Assembly: GCF_009914755.1 (NCBI RefSeq)
Contig: NC_060947.1
From: the human T2T-CHM13v2.0 reference genome, Homo sapiens
DNA: 64,000 nucleotides
Reading direction: 5' to 3' (one strand)
Shown here in pieces: positions 1 through 14,880 of the stretch. Position 1 is the first letter of the stretch. Each line of letters starts with the position of its first letter. The notes beneath the pieces were generated by a model that saw only the letters and a program-made list of their open reading frames with translations, made no database searches and had not been told where the DNA came from. The position numbers were made by a program, and so were the translations under genes.

Positions 1-309
1 TCAAAGACGTGGAACCTAACATTTTGGAGGTCATACCATAGCAGATCCTGCTTCAGCCTTTCATTGACCTACAAACCTTGAGTATGACTTCATCTTTCAA
101 ATGTGTTTTTTAGCCTTCTCGCTAAGGGGCTGCCAGGGATTCAGTTGTGCCAACAATTACCAGCATCCAGGCAGCGACCCTCCTGTAATCACTGCCCACT
201 ATGTCCCCAGTATATAGGATAGGATCCTTTGTTATGTGCTCTCACAGAGCACTGTTCTTTCAGAGTACATATCTTAGTAGGTAATTATGTATTCATTAAA
301 GTGATCATT

Positions 310-425
310 TACTCTATATCCACCACCAGCTTGTAAGCTCCATGAAAGCAGGGTCGGTGTCTGTCTTCTGTATCGCAAACACTCCAAACAGTGCTCAGTA
401 AGCATTTGTTAAATGCATGAATGCT
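310..425 (+). mobile_element. L2 3' end fragment
   Basis: tgtaagctccatgaaagcaggg...gtgctcagtaagcatttgttaaatgcatgaatg resembles the L2 terminus. Confidence 0.6.
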
Positions 426-631
426 TTTCCACCAAAGAATCAGATGGTTACTTATCTGGCCATAAAGAAAATACAAAAAGGTTGTCTGTGCCTCGGATAA
501 ATGGGCCTAGCTGTGAGGCCTGCCCAACCATTTGTTTGTTAGGGGGCTAAATGGTAGAAAAATGCTGATTCTTGCTCTGCTGCTCCAGACTTTGGAGGCT
601 TTAAGCTTCCCTGAAAGCAGACATGAGCTCA

Positions 632-1159
<528 letters not shown>

Positions 1160-1304
1160 CTAGGTACAAGAAATGAGAAGAATAGAAGGGCAGGATTAAA
1201 GTTTGGAGAGAGAAGCATAGGGCCTATAAAATGCTGGCGATTCAGGAATTAGAGTCTCCATTCTTGTTTCAATTCTTTTGACCTCCTAAACCTCCTTCCT
1301 TATA

Positions 1305-1515
1305 GCTAATGTTTGTGGGATGCTTATTGTGTGCCAGGCACTATTCTAAGCACATTACATGTCTTTACTCATTTAATCTCCACAACAACCTTGTGAGGTA
1401 AATATTCTTCCCATATGAAGAAGCTGAGACAGAGGGAGATTAAAGAACACACCTAAGGTTACAAAGTTTTTAGTCAGCAGAGCCAGGATTCAAACCCAAG
1501 CAAGACTCTAGAGCC
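1305..1515 (-). mobile_element. MIR SINE
   Basis: tgtgccaggcactattctaagcac...ctcatttaatctccacaacaacc...gaagctgagacagagggagattaa...ggattcaaaccca is the reverse-complement MIR core. Confidence 0.75.
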
Positions 1516-2025
1516 AAGCTCTAGAGTCAAATTGTCAATTATGCAATGACAACATGCCCATTTCTGTCTGAGACATACTGGAGAATACAGAGAAGTAAAG
1601 GACATTTTTTCTGACCTCCTGGAGAATTACTTGGGTAGAGCAAACTTTCATAAAACTGGTGACAGTACATAGTATTATCTGCTCAGTTCCAAATGAGCAG
1701 TAGAGACTATATATATAACTTCAGGGGACCAAAGCCCAAGGCCAGACAGGGTTCGTCCAACTTCCTGTAGGTCCCAGGAAGGTAAAGATAATTCGTTAGG
1801 GTCAGGAAGAAGTACTCTGAAAATGAAGACTTCTCGGCTTGGGGAGGGGATACTGATAGCAACAGTACCATTGATAAAACTGCTATGTCCATGATGTAAT
1901 GTTTAGTGTAAATAGCAGCTATAGGTGAAAGATGGGGGCTTCTTTGGGTATTCAGGAGCACTTCCGGGTGAGTGTGCAGAACCTGATCAATGAATTAAAA
2001 AATCTTTCGACTTTAAAATGTCTCT

Positions 2026-2443
<418 letters not shown>

Positions 2444-4145
2444 TCAACAGAGGCAACAGAGGCTTTAAGAGGTGGAGCCGAGTATTCAAAACATGTCTAG
2501 GATTCCAGAAAATTGGGAAATATTGATTTTTATTACACTTTAGGAAAAAAAAGTTCCAAATGTTCATTTTAACTGGGTAGGACAGACCATGGATAATTGG
2601 GAGTCTCATCGAATAGACAAATCATGGGATTTTTGTTTTGTTTTAGATTTTTTTATCTCTGTAAATGTAAGCAGAGAGACAAATCGTGTTTTAATCAATA
2701 GGTTCTTTTTACTCTCAAAACTTCTTTAAAAAATAAAACAACAACCCACAGTTACTGGCGAACTGACAAAGGGATGAGTTAACTGTTTTTCAACATCATT
2801 GCCTCCCTCCCACCTTGCACGCAGGATTCTCAAACAGGGAAGTGGCCAGAAAACATACAGTAGGAGAAAGGTGGAGGAGGAGGAGTTTGCAAGAAACCTG
2901 TTTCCTTCACTGAGTGCTTGCATCAGCCTCTGAATAGTTGAAAGATGACTGCATAATGGTCATTAATGGCTAGGATGGAGCAGCGAGTAAACACTGTTAA
3001 ACATTTAGAGGGAGCAGCTACAAACAAGACAGCAGGAAGTGAGCAACTGGCTCATAAAGTAAATTGGACACAGGAAAGAGTAATCTCAGAAATTAACATA
3101 AGCTTTCAGGCTAAGGAAGAAGTAGGTCTGAGTGGGCCTGGAAATGAACATAAACACTATCAGCATAAAGCCTAGAGTTGGGAGAGATGGGGAAGTGAGA
3201 AATTTGTCACAGTCTGCCCAGGAAGAAGCGAGCTCAGATGAGAAATCTGCCCTTTCTCCAGGCAGAGGCATTCCTCATCTCTGTCAGGGTCTAAAAGTGT
3301 TGAGCAGAAGGGAAGAGAGGCTAACCTGTAGCACAGGATTCCCTGGGTTCGATTATGGGTATGGGTCTGCTTCCTACCATGCTATTCCTCTTTCCTCGCT
3401 CTCTTTCTCTCTCTCTCTCTCTCTCCCCGCCACTTCCTTATTCTTTCTACTTTTCTTACTCTTTTCCTTTCTTTTCTTCTAAGGCAGTGCTGCCAGTCCT
3501 GTCCAATACACACAGCAGTACCCGTGAATAGTGTTTAGCCCCACTTGTATGATAGAGCCAAAAGGTTGTTGTTGTCTATGCCTAGAATATGAAATGCTTT
3601 CTGAAACTACTCGATTATATTGTCTAACAAGGAACTTTATTATTCTCCATTCGGCTTCCTGAGTACCTAACACCAGAGAGGAAACCTTTTAAAAAGAAAA
3701 CTGGTCTACAGTGACCAACCTTGCCCTCCCGCCCAGACTGCTTTTTCTCCTCCTATCAGTGTTGTCACTCACAGGTTGCTTTCTGTGTGTATATCCTTGT
3801 GGATCCCCTGTGTGGAATGGTCTCTCGCCCCATTTCTCTGCCACTCAGGGGCCATTGCAAGTTCTGGCTTCTTCAATAGCTCCTCCTCTTAACTTTGAGC
3901 TTATCTCTTGCTGCCCGCTCAAATACTGTGGGCACAAGGTTACATGCAAGAAAATCACTTTTCTGATGCTGTCTTACATTATTCTCAAATTACTTCACAC
4001 ACGTACTTTTTGCCTCCTTGATAAGGTTATGAGCTCTTTGAAGGCAGAGTTGTCCTGGTCTGCTCTTGTTTCCCCTATGGCATCTAGCACAGTGCTAGAC
4101 ACACAGCAGGCACTCAGCAAAAATAAATTAAATTTCCTGTTTTCA

Positions 4146-4516
<371 letters not shown>

Positions 4517-4999
4517 TTATAAACCTGACTCCCACAATTTGGGTCAATATGAGCTAATTTCCTTGGACCTCTCCTTCCCATGTCCAGCTGAGAAGGCAGA
4601 CATCCCAAGACTCCAAGAAGGGTTAGATGATTAGCTCTGCAGGGAACTACTACGAGGTCTCACAAACTTGGGACATTTCTGCCTGTATTTTTCACAATTC
4701 TATTGCTTCAAAGTGGGGACTGATCCATAGACTACGGGTTTCTTTTTATTCCTTCTACCCCTTCTGCTTTGTCCTCCTTCATCATCTTGCTGTTTTTATT
4801 CCTTCCCAGGCTGTGCAGAGACCACGGACTATCATCAGGACAGCCAAAGTAAAGGAAGAGAAAGTTCTATAATGAGGGTTAGAAGATTCTGATAATAATC
4901 TATCTAAAATGCAGGCCAAACAGGTAACAGAAATCAGGACCAGGTGTAGGTGTATACGCATAATTTGGGCGAGTGAATGATAGAAACTGGTAAACTGCA

Positions 5000-5228
5000 G
5001 AGACCCTCTCAAAGGGGGCAGCTACTACTCAGCTCCTGTAAATTGTCATAAACACAAGTGAGGAGCAGTGTTATAAATTTTTGAAAAGAAGCCGGAAACA
5101 TGGATTTGGGGGTAGAAGCTCTTAAAGTTATAAACGTTGGCTCAAAAATTTTAAAGACAGTGTGCAGGCCAAGCAAAATACATATGTGAAACAAATTTGG
5201 CTCCAGTGAACCAGTTTGTGACCTTCGT
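5000..5228. mobile_element. hAT-Charlie MITE remnant (MER102-like)
   Basis: ggggcagctactactcagctcc...aaaagaagccggaaa...ccagtttgtgacct resembles MER102. Confidence 0.5.
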
Positions 5229-5239
5229 GCTAGCACATA

Positions 5240-7430
5240 AGTTGTGAGACTAAAAAGAGATGGGAGAAGAAATTGGATATTTAGGCAAGGGCCAAATGAT
5301 AAAAGGCCTCATATGCCATGCTAAGGAATTTATATGTTATCTGTTGACCACGGGGAACCACTGAGGGTTTTAATCAGGAGAGTGGCATAGTTGATTAGCT
5401 TGGCCACAGTGTGGGAAATGGGCAGTGGTAATCATGCTCATAAATGTTTAACAACCAGCTCTCCACAGGGGAGGAAAAAATATCCTGTTTTGTGTGTTTG
5501 CCAGTTTTTGTGGTGTAAATACTCCCACTGTGGCCAGTTTCATGCTACCAATATGACATCCTGGAACATGGAGTTGGGAAGAGGAGCAGATAACCCGCTC
5601 TCGCCAGCTGGTGCAAGCCAGCTCCAAGCACACCACCATGTGTTTCAGAATAAGACTAATTAAAAGATATCATCAGTTCAGGTGAATAGATGCAAGGATC
5701 TTAAATTAGATAGTGATTCTAGAGATAGATAAAAAATAACAAATTTAAGGCATTCATTGGATGTGTCAGGGAAGGCAGGGAGAAGAAATCAAGGGTATTG
5801 AGTCTCCATATTCCAATGCCTGGTTGAACAGTAGTGTCACTAATTGAGATAGTGCATACAGGAGCAGGTTTAAGGTTTTTAAAAGTTCAGTTTTGTGCTT
5901 GTTAACTTTGAAGTCCCTACTGGGAAAGCAGCAGGAAATTGTATAACTCCAGCATGAATCTTGAAGGAGAAGTCAGGGCTGAAAATATAGATGTGAGAGC
6001 CTTCAGCCAGCAATAGTAGTTGAAACCAAGAGTGGACAGGATCAGCCTCTGCCTGCCCTTGTTTCCTCACAAGTGGCTCCACCTATCTACTCCAAGGACT
6101 CTGTCCAGCCCCAGTTTCCAGGGCAACCAAGGCCTGAAATAAGAAGCACTCAGGAGGCCTGCCTCAGGTTCCATCATTCCAAATTCCTACTGTTGAGGCT
6201 TTTGCAATGGGACATTCTTGTTCTGTTAGTTTCTGAATTGCAGCTTCTTCTGCACCTGTGCCCTAGCTTTTAAAACAAGGCTTCACCCTTGTCTGAGTTT
6301 CTGGCCTAATATCCCAAGCCTCTTTAATGAAATGTGGCTGTGAAGAGATGAGGCTGCATCTTGAGCACCTTGATTAGATTGGGGGAGGACCCGGGGAGGA
6401 GGGAAGAGGCTGTAGACAAGGGAAAGAGGGGGCTTGTGGGTAGATCAGGGTGCCTGAAGAGATGAGGAGAGATGAGGTCCAGAGCAAAGGTTGGGGTGAG
6501 GTGGAGGTTGATCTTAGTCTGGAATAAGGATGCCTTATCCTCAGAGACTGGAGGAAAAAAGGTGAGTTGAATGGAGGTGTTAGTAGTTTGTTATTGAAGA
6601 GGGCTGGAAGCTGAAGTATTTCCCATCTAAAAATGCAGTTTTCTCATTGAAATGGGAGGTGAGATCAGATGCTTTGAGTGAGGGAGGAGAAGTTGGCAGG
6701 GTGTGTGGGGAGAGTTCAATGTATGGAAGATTTGCTAAGGGGAAAGAAAGAGGAAGACAAAGGAAAGTAAAAGGATGGCCTAGCAGTCCTGAAGTCTTGG
6801 GTAAATTAGCAGCTGTAAATTTATAATGGCAGTGATGCACAGAAGAATGTGGCTTTTTTTTTTCTCTCTAGCAGCTTTGACAGTCCAGATGTGGGGATGG
6901 AAAATTCAGGTTTTGGATAGATTCAGGATTGTGGTTTTGCCAGACGTGAGAAGAAGTTGAGGATGAAGTAGTTCAGGTGATTGCACTTGAAGACCAGATC
7001 AGATAGGTAAGGGCTAAAAGTCTGGGAGGAAATGGAGACATTGAGGGACTTGAGGTCTCTTTGAAGTGAAAAGACAGAGTAGGCAAACTGGGAGGATGGG
7101 AGACTGTGGACAGAGAGTAGGGTGCTAGTAGATATGATGTCCACAGTGGAGCAGTGCTGAATGGTGACCAGCTGTGGGTTGGTCATGGGCACAGTGGGCT
7201 GAAGTAGAGTGAATGTGGAGGTCAGTGGAGTGGGGAGGTCAAGGAGCTGATGGGTCAGGATGCTGGCTGCATTGTCCACATGGGTGGGTGCTGAAGTTGT
7301 CCAGAGTGATGACACGTATTGGGCTGAAGAGGACAGCTGTGATCTAGGGGCCAAGATAATCAGAGTACTTTGGATAGCGACTAAATCAGCAGATGATCAG
7401 GAGATGGAAAGAGGAGTGACTGTGTCCACA
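5240..7430 (-). mobile_element. Fragmented L2 LINE
   Basis: Purine-rich degenerate L2 antisense motifs (tgccatgctaaggaattt, aagttcagttttg, gagaagtcagggctgaaaatatagat); boundaries approximate. Confidence 0.5.
5423..5637. mobile_element. MER63-like hAT DNA element
   Basis: cagtggt...taaatgtttaacaaccagctct...aaatactcccact...gccagctccaagcacaccac. Confidence 0.6.
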
Positions 7431-7449
7431 CTATTTTGAGGAGGGCTTC

Positions 7450-7881
7450 TGAGAGGTGAAGCCAGCTGTACTTCCTGGGTCTAGTGGGGACTTGGAGAAC
7501 TTTTCTATCTTATAAGAGGTTTGTAAAATCCACCAATCAGTGCTCTGTAAAAATGCACCAATCGGAACTCTGTAGCTAGCTAGAGGTTTGTAAAATGGAC
7601 CAATCAGCAGTCTGTAAAATGGACCAATCAGCAGGACATAGGTGGGGACAAATAAGGGAATAAAAGCTGGCCACCCCAGCCAGCAGCGGCAACCCGCTCG
7701 GGTCCCCTTCCATGCTGTGGAAGCTTTGTTCTTTCACTTCTTCACAATAAATTATGCTGCTGCTCACTCTTTAGGTCTGTGCCATCTTTTAGAGCTGTAA
7801 CACTCAACGCAAAGCTCCACGGCTCCATTATTGAAGTCAGTGAGACCATGAACTCACCAGAAGGAATGAATTCCAGACACA
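7450..7881 (+). mobile_element. Solo ERV9 LTR (LTR12F-like)
   Basis: Begins TGAGAGGTGAAGCCAGC and ends CCAGACACA. Four CCAAT boxes (7533, 7558, 7600, 7624) in aaaatg(c/g)accaatcag-type repeats; aataaaagctggccacccc; 4-bp TSD cttc/cttt. Confidence 0.88.
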
Positions 7882-8042
7882 CTTTCACAGTGCAATTTAA
7901 GAATATCTTGCTTGGCTTTGTCATTTACTAGCCTTTTTGTATCTCAATTCCCTTGCCTATACAATGGGAAAATGACAGCAGCTGGGCAAAATTATAAGGA
8001 TTAAATGAGATTGTGTGTGTATTTTCTACATAGGGTTTAGAA

Positions 8043-8267
8043 CAGAGTTGTCCAATCTTTTGGCTTCCCTGGCCCACATTGAAAGAAGAAGAATTGCCTT
8101 GGGCCACACATAAAATACACTAACACTAATGATAACTGATGAGCTACAAAAAAATCACCCAAAAAAATCTCATAATGTTTTAAGAAAGTTTATGAATTTG
8201 TGTTGGGCCACATTCAAAGCTGTCTTGGGCCACATGTGGCCTGCAGGTCGCAGGTTTGATAAGTTTG
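8043..8267. mobile_element. MER30 hAT-Charlie MITE
   Basis: tgtccaatcttttggcttccctgg...gggccacacataaaatacactaacactaatgata; 8-bp TSD gtttagaa/ttttagaa. Confidence 0.85.
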
Positions 8268-8336
8268 TTTTAGAACATACTAGGTTCTCAACAAACATGG
8301 TTCCTATCATTATAACAACAAATGTATTACAAAAGT

Positions 8337-8647
<311 letters not shown>

Positions 8648-9462
8648 TCAAAAGCAAACTCCCCAGCACAGTAATGGTTTAGTCTTCACCTGGGCAAAAC
8701 TGTGACATATGGAAACCGTAAGAGCACCCCCCTTCAATTCTATTTTGTGTACTTTTTAATGTTCTACCTAACTTAATACAAGTTAACCCAGTGCTGTCTT
8801 GCAAGCCTCCTGTGCAGGCTTAATCAGTACTGCCTTTTATGGATTGTTCTTATATTTTAGGTTAGGTTTACTAAATTGTATCAGTTTCCCATCCAGGTCC
8901 CTGGACTTCTGGGTCCCTTTAGGTGACTGGTCTGCTATTCTTTGAAAAAAAAAATCCATACAAGTTACTAATATTGATAACAATATCTGGAGCTGTCCTG
9001 AGCGGGGGGTATTTACATTTTAACTGGTGGCACCTAGAAAGAACACCTTGGCATTAGCCAAAAAAAATGAGAATTTCAAGGAGGACTAGGCTGGTAGGGA
9101 CTTAAGTTTGGTGAAGGTCTTTCTCAGGCCTCACAATCCACTGTACAGCTTGATTCCTACTCCACTTTCAGATAGAGTGGATTCTGCTACTACTGGTGGC
9201 TCTGTACATAAGGTTTCTCCTAGTAGCTATTAAGAAAAATTGTGAAAGACTTTGGATCATGAAAAAACATAAACTAGAGGTCCTGTCTAGTATATTTTCT
9301 GGATTATCCATGCCTTTGATTCTCTTTGACTTAATTTAAAACTCTATAAATTGTAATGCAACTATTTCTTATTGGGTGGAATATAATTGATTATTGCCTT
9401 GTGGATATAGACTACTTTGTATCCATTTGTGAGTTTATTTCTATGTTTCCAATAGCCTGTAT

Positions 9463-9701
9463 CATGGGAGAGCAAACTTCTTCTGTAAAAAGCCAGACAG
9501 TAATTGATACTCTGTGGACCATACAACAAATTACATTACAATGTCGTTTCATTACAATGAAATGAAACTTTCATTTTCATTGTAAAATGAAAGCAGCCAT
9601 AAGTGTAAGTGAATGGGTATGGCTGTGCTCCAATAAATTTTATTTATAAAAACAGTTGACAGGCCAGATTTGGACTGAAGGCCATAGTTTGCAGACTCTT
9701 G
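9463..9701. mobile_element. MER58A-like hAT MITE
   Basis: gcaaacttcttctgtaaaaagccagacagtaa...gaatgggtatggctgtgctccaataaa...ggccatagtttgc. Confidence 0.75.
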
Positions 9702-11249
9702 GCCTACCTACTGGTTCCCTCATTAATTAATGAGTTGAATAAAATCTTTGTCATGTTTACTTTAAATTTGTATGAAGATTACGATTTAACATTTTTTTTT
9801 TTTGAAATTATCTTTTAACAGCCATTTTGTGTTCAGATTGAGGTCAGGTGAAAAATTCAATTTGATTATTTATTATCAAATTTCGCCTTCTCTTTAAACT
9901 CCAAAATCATACTGAAAGATCTTGGACTTTCTGTTTAAAATCATGTTTTTTAAAAGGAAAAATAAAGATAGGGGGAGGTGAGGAAGAGGGAAGGAAATCA
10001 ATAGGCCAAGAATTTAGATTTGGCTTATATTATCTATAACTGTACTTCTAAAGAAACCTGGTACATCAACCAACTCGATTGAATTTTAAAATTTGCAATG
10101 ATGTGGGCTAAGGACATGGCCACTAAAGAAGTTACACTGTCTTGCCTTTCCCTGGGACTTTTCATTCAGGCCATAATGAGTTTGCTACTGGATCTGTCCA
10201 AGGATTCCTTGTAGAAAAGCTAGGATCCTGTTCAAGGATCCTTCTGGATGAATGAGCATAGGACAGAGCCACTCAGCTCAGAGCTCATCACATAAAACAC
10301 TTGCAATGCAGCGAATAGATTGAGCTACAGTCAGCTTCTCTGTATTTTCAGCTAAATTCTATTGCCAGAGGACAGCCTAGAGGATAGATCATACTCCTTT
10401 TTCCCCACTGTCAGAAATGGCTAAAGCTTTTACAAGGTTATTCACCAAGGGCTCAAATGATACATTCATTTCCATTAACCTCATCACTGGACACAATCTG
10501 CTAATTGGAGTTTTTCTGAACCCTATCGTTACCCTTGGTGGAGTTTATCACAGGCTTCTGAAATTAAATCCCCCATTTGTAATTAATGGCCAGACCCTTA
10601 TCAGGAGCCGCCTCATTCATACACACAATGTTGTCTGCTCACAGACCCAACCTCTCCAACTGGCACTTCCTCACACAGCTGGTCTGATAGCATCATGTTG
10701 AAAATGAACCTCCTGTCTTATGCCTGGATTTAGTGAAATTGTAATCCCTCTTTTTTCACCTTCTGTGTTCTCCTCCCTCCATCCTAACATGCCAGATAAA
10801 ATCAGTGTTCAGCAGTCCAAGGAACGTGTGGAAATGAAATTTCATTTCTCTGTATTACTCAGAAGTGAAAAACACCAGCATCTAATCAGTTCACATTACC
10901 AGCTTCCTGCTCTGCCTATCTATCAGGTTAGTTAGCTAGTAGTGGTGATGTATGTGTTACTTTGGAGCAACCATTGGCATGAGATGGAAAAGTATCTGTT
11001 TCTCAGAATCTGGTAAAAACAGAAGCATCAGAGTTAGGATTTGCTGGATGATCTCAGCTTTCAAGGCCAAGGTGTATATAATTTAGATTGGAAGACTGAA
11101 ATGGACAACATTTACTTGGGGATAATGTCACAGAACCCACTGGCCTTTAAAAATGTCAATATTGATACATACAGATCAATTATATATATAAAACAATAGC
11201 CAGGATTAGCCTAAGCAGCAGGGATAAAAGTAATACTAATGGCTACTGG

Positions 11250-11482
11250 AGGTTGAGCACTTTCCATATGCCAGGCACAAGCACAATGCTGGAGTATTTT
11301 ATTTAGTCCTCACTATAGCTCTATGCTATAGGCATAATAATTACTCCCATTTTATATCTGAGGAACTCAGTCATAGAGAAGCTAAGTGTCTTGGCCCAGG
11401 TCACATAGCTAGGACGTAGAGAGCCCAGAGCTTGACCCCAGGCAGTTTGGTACCAAAGCCTCCCGTACTGTTAACCACTATA
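11250..11482 (-). mobile_element. MIR SINE
   Basis: atgccaggcac...cccattttatatctgaggaactcag...gctaagtgtcttggcccaggtcacatagctag...ttaaccacta. Confidence 0.7.
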
Positions 11483-14213
11483 CAGCTCCACCCCTAACCA
11501 GCAAAAGGCCAACAATTTGATTTATTATATCAATAAACAAATGTTAAAATCACATCACAACACTGAATATACAGACATATCTTAAGTACATATTGCAGGT
11601 TTTGTTGGATGTTAATTAACCTAATGTTCTACCTTAAACCAGACAAACATTACATAACATTGTTTAACGTTTGGCAGCCCACAAAACTATTCTTGAGTTT
11701 TCATCACATAGAGGCCCTGAAGTTTTCAAAAGATAGGAGCTAAATCTATGAGAAAAAAAATTCATGACTAATTCCATAGGTTATGAAAGTTTGTAATTTG
11801 TGAGTTTTAGTTTGATAAAACCTGGAAAGGCATTTTTGTCACAGTTTAATGAAGCATTCCATATATTTTCTTCATAAAATATGGGTTCTAATGAGTGATG
11901 GGAACCACTGATTCCAAAAGTAAGGTCCACCCTGGGATGGATATTAGAAACAAACAAACAAACAAAAAACCAAAAAAGGTAAAAGGCTCCAAGGTAGGAA
12001 GGGAATACAGAGTGGCCGGCCTTTGGAGAGACAGCCCTCCCTGAAGGCATTTTGCATGCAGTTGAGATCTGACGTTTTCCAGGAAATTGTGAAAATGATG
12101 TGATGAATCAAAAAATGAGTCAATCAGCAGATGTGGGTTATTATTGAGATGGGAAAAATGTAAGAAGCAAAGGTCTAATCAACGCGTCCCTAGCATTGCA
12201 CAGAGGAAGGAAGCCGTACTCTACCAGGGTGTCCAGTTAGCTTTGTAGGTGGCCCTACTGTGGAGCTTGATACAAATAGCTTTCTAGGACAGCCATAATA
12301 GTTCTTGGTTCACTTTGTATAAATCAATGTGTGATTTTTAAATTAAATTTCTCTTGTAGATTGCTGTCCTGGAAAGAGGATGGTGACAAGCTGATTTAGA
12401 GTTTTCCACATCACTGCTTATCACATGACTAGTGTGAGATTGGATATCATGATAAAGGTTTCTGGACAGGGCTGAGAACCCAGATATAGAGACAGTATCA
12501 TTGGAGGGCCAGGGTAACCAGATTACTAGTAAGTATATTATAGGACTCAATATAAATAAACACTTCTTATTTTATATTTTTTCTAATGGGTACTGATATT
12601 GATAAGAGCACATTTGCCAGCAAAACAAAATCAGAATGAATAAAGAAGAGGAGTTGAGACCTTGGGTGACAAAAATGAACTCAGTTGGGTCTAAGAGTGC
12701 AAAAGAAAAGTTACAAAAGGGCAGTTCTGACCTTCACTCACAAAAGCAGTGTGGGCTGCGCCTGAATAAAGAAAAAGGCCTGAAAGTAGCCTCACGGTAA
12801 GGAGAGGCCTTTAAAAAAAAAAAAGAGGTAAAAAGGAAACCAGATCAGAAATCTAGAAGCAAAATTCATGTTACATAACATCAAAAGCATTCCCTTTCCC
12901 CACCATGATTTTCATTCCATGCTCCGTATACCTGTCAAATGCTGTTTGTTTGGTTGCTTTGTTCATATGTAGCCATCTGACTGTAAGGTTACATGATACA
13001 ATTGGAGGATAAGGGTTGAAAGAAGAGATTTTGTCACATTCATTAAACAATTATTGAGTCTCACATTCTTTCTCTCAGTTATCCACACCTGAGGCAGGCC
13101 AGGCAGCTGACGCTGGTCTCCAGAGGTAGAATACTGTTGCTGACCTGTTGGCAGTTGCCCTAAATGTAAGCATAGTCCTCCAGAGCAGCAGGAGTTAATT
13201 CCTCTTCCTGTGGCTATCCTTGATCTTTTCAGGAAATAAACATTAAAGGGTCCTTTACTATCTTTCAAACCTCTGATAGTGGAAAAGCATCTGCAGGGTT
13301 AAATTTTGCATTTTCAGCCTTGCTGATTGCTGTCACATAGAGGCATTTATCATGTAGTTAGACAAAGCACAGGAGAAAGTAAGGGACAATTATGTAGGAC
13401 AGTTCAGTTTCTCCAAGCTCAGATATAGGAGAAGAAATATGGGTTTATGATTTGAATTACCTATCCAGTTTAGTTTTCTGGAGTGAACACAGTAGCTTTC
13501 AATTTTTTTCCTTGACGACGACACAGGAAAAGATGTACCTAAACTGCAGCATGGAGAAGTTCAGGTGACCCAGAAATATAAGATCTAGTCCAATGACTGG
13601 CTCAGCTCCATGGGCCTTTCAGCCCAGATTTCTGTGTCTGAGGCACAGAAGGTGGTGTTGGAAGAGATCAGGAATTCGTTATATGCTATCGATTTCAAAG
13701 AAGTGTGGTCCTAATATTTCTGGCTCCTATAAGTAGACTGTTATAGTTTTAGAAGCCGCAAACATTTCTAAATCCAACCCCTTTTGAGAACATCTTTACC
13801 CTTTTACACTGTATTATCTTTTGGGGGGTAATAAGGACAAGTTGTTTTATTGTATACTGTGGGAATCATGGTCTGTTGCTTATAGTAAAATTCTGGCAGG
13901 TTTCAAAAACTCTTTTCTTTCTGATATCCTAACAATTGGTGAGCCAAACCCAGTTCTCCCTCTCTGCAGCTATCATCATTTTAGAAGTTTCTCTCCTTTG
14001 TCTGCATTTTCCCAAATTGAAGAATTGTTGGTTTTTAATATCTACTCCTAATATGGAGGGGAACAATTTCCTTCCAGGTAATTTGAAGGGAGTAAACTGA
14101 AGGTAGTGGAAACATTGAACCGAATTCCCAGGGAGGTTAGAGACCCCTTACCTTTGGAGACTTTTAAGCACATAGTGATGCTCCCTTGTGTGGGATTGTT
14201 TAGGGATCTCTCT

Positions 14214-14410
14214 AGGGCATTTTCTCATTCTTGGTGTGACTGATATTTTGGGCCAGATAATAATTTGTTGTGGGGGACTGTTCCGTGCACGGTAGGATGT
14301 TTAGCAGCATCCTTTGTCTGTATCCACTAGATGACAGTAACAGCTCTCCCTTCTACCCCAGAATTGATAGCCAAAAATATCTCTGGACATTGCCAAATGT
14401 CTCCTGGGAG
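14214..14410. mobile_element. MER20 hAT MITE
   Basis: tgatattttgggccagataataatttgttgtgggggactg...aggatgtttagcagcatcc...ggacattgccaaatgtctcctggg. Confidence 0.8.
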
Positions 14411-14699
14411 CACTATGGCCCTGGTTGGGTTCTGGGCATGAGGCTTTTTTGACAGTGGCTCAGTGGAGCAGGGGGAGGCAGGGCTAGCTAGAATTAGTCA
14501 TGCCAGTCTTAGCTCCTTCTTATTTCCCAACCCACCTGAGGATTATAACATACTCCCATCAGTACAGTGCCTCACTAGGACAATGGTTCTCAATGTCTGG
14601 AAGGAGAGAGTAAGAATGCCCCTCCCTTTCCCAGGAGAGTTTGTTGGAATTTTATTTTTGGTGGGATGTTGAGTTTGAAAAACTCTAAAAGTGCATTGT

Positions 14700-14880
14700 G
14701 CATTATGATAACATCCCTAGCCATGTCTGACAATTAAAATTTTAAAAATATTTAAAAAATAAAGTTCCTCAGTCACACTGTCTACATTTCAACTACTCCA
14801 TAGCCATATGACTACCTTACGGGGCAGCATAGATACAAAACAGTTCCCTCATGGCAGAAAGTTCTGCTGGATAATGCTGC
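14700..14880. mobile_element. MER3-like hAT MITE
   Basis: agttcctcagtcacact...gcagaaagttctgctggataatgctgctctag. Confidence 0.6.

Noticed and set aside
13598-13625. Possible REST/RE1 site (tcagctccatgggcc)
   Set aside because: The right half-site deviates too far from GGACAGCGCC.
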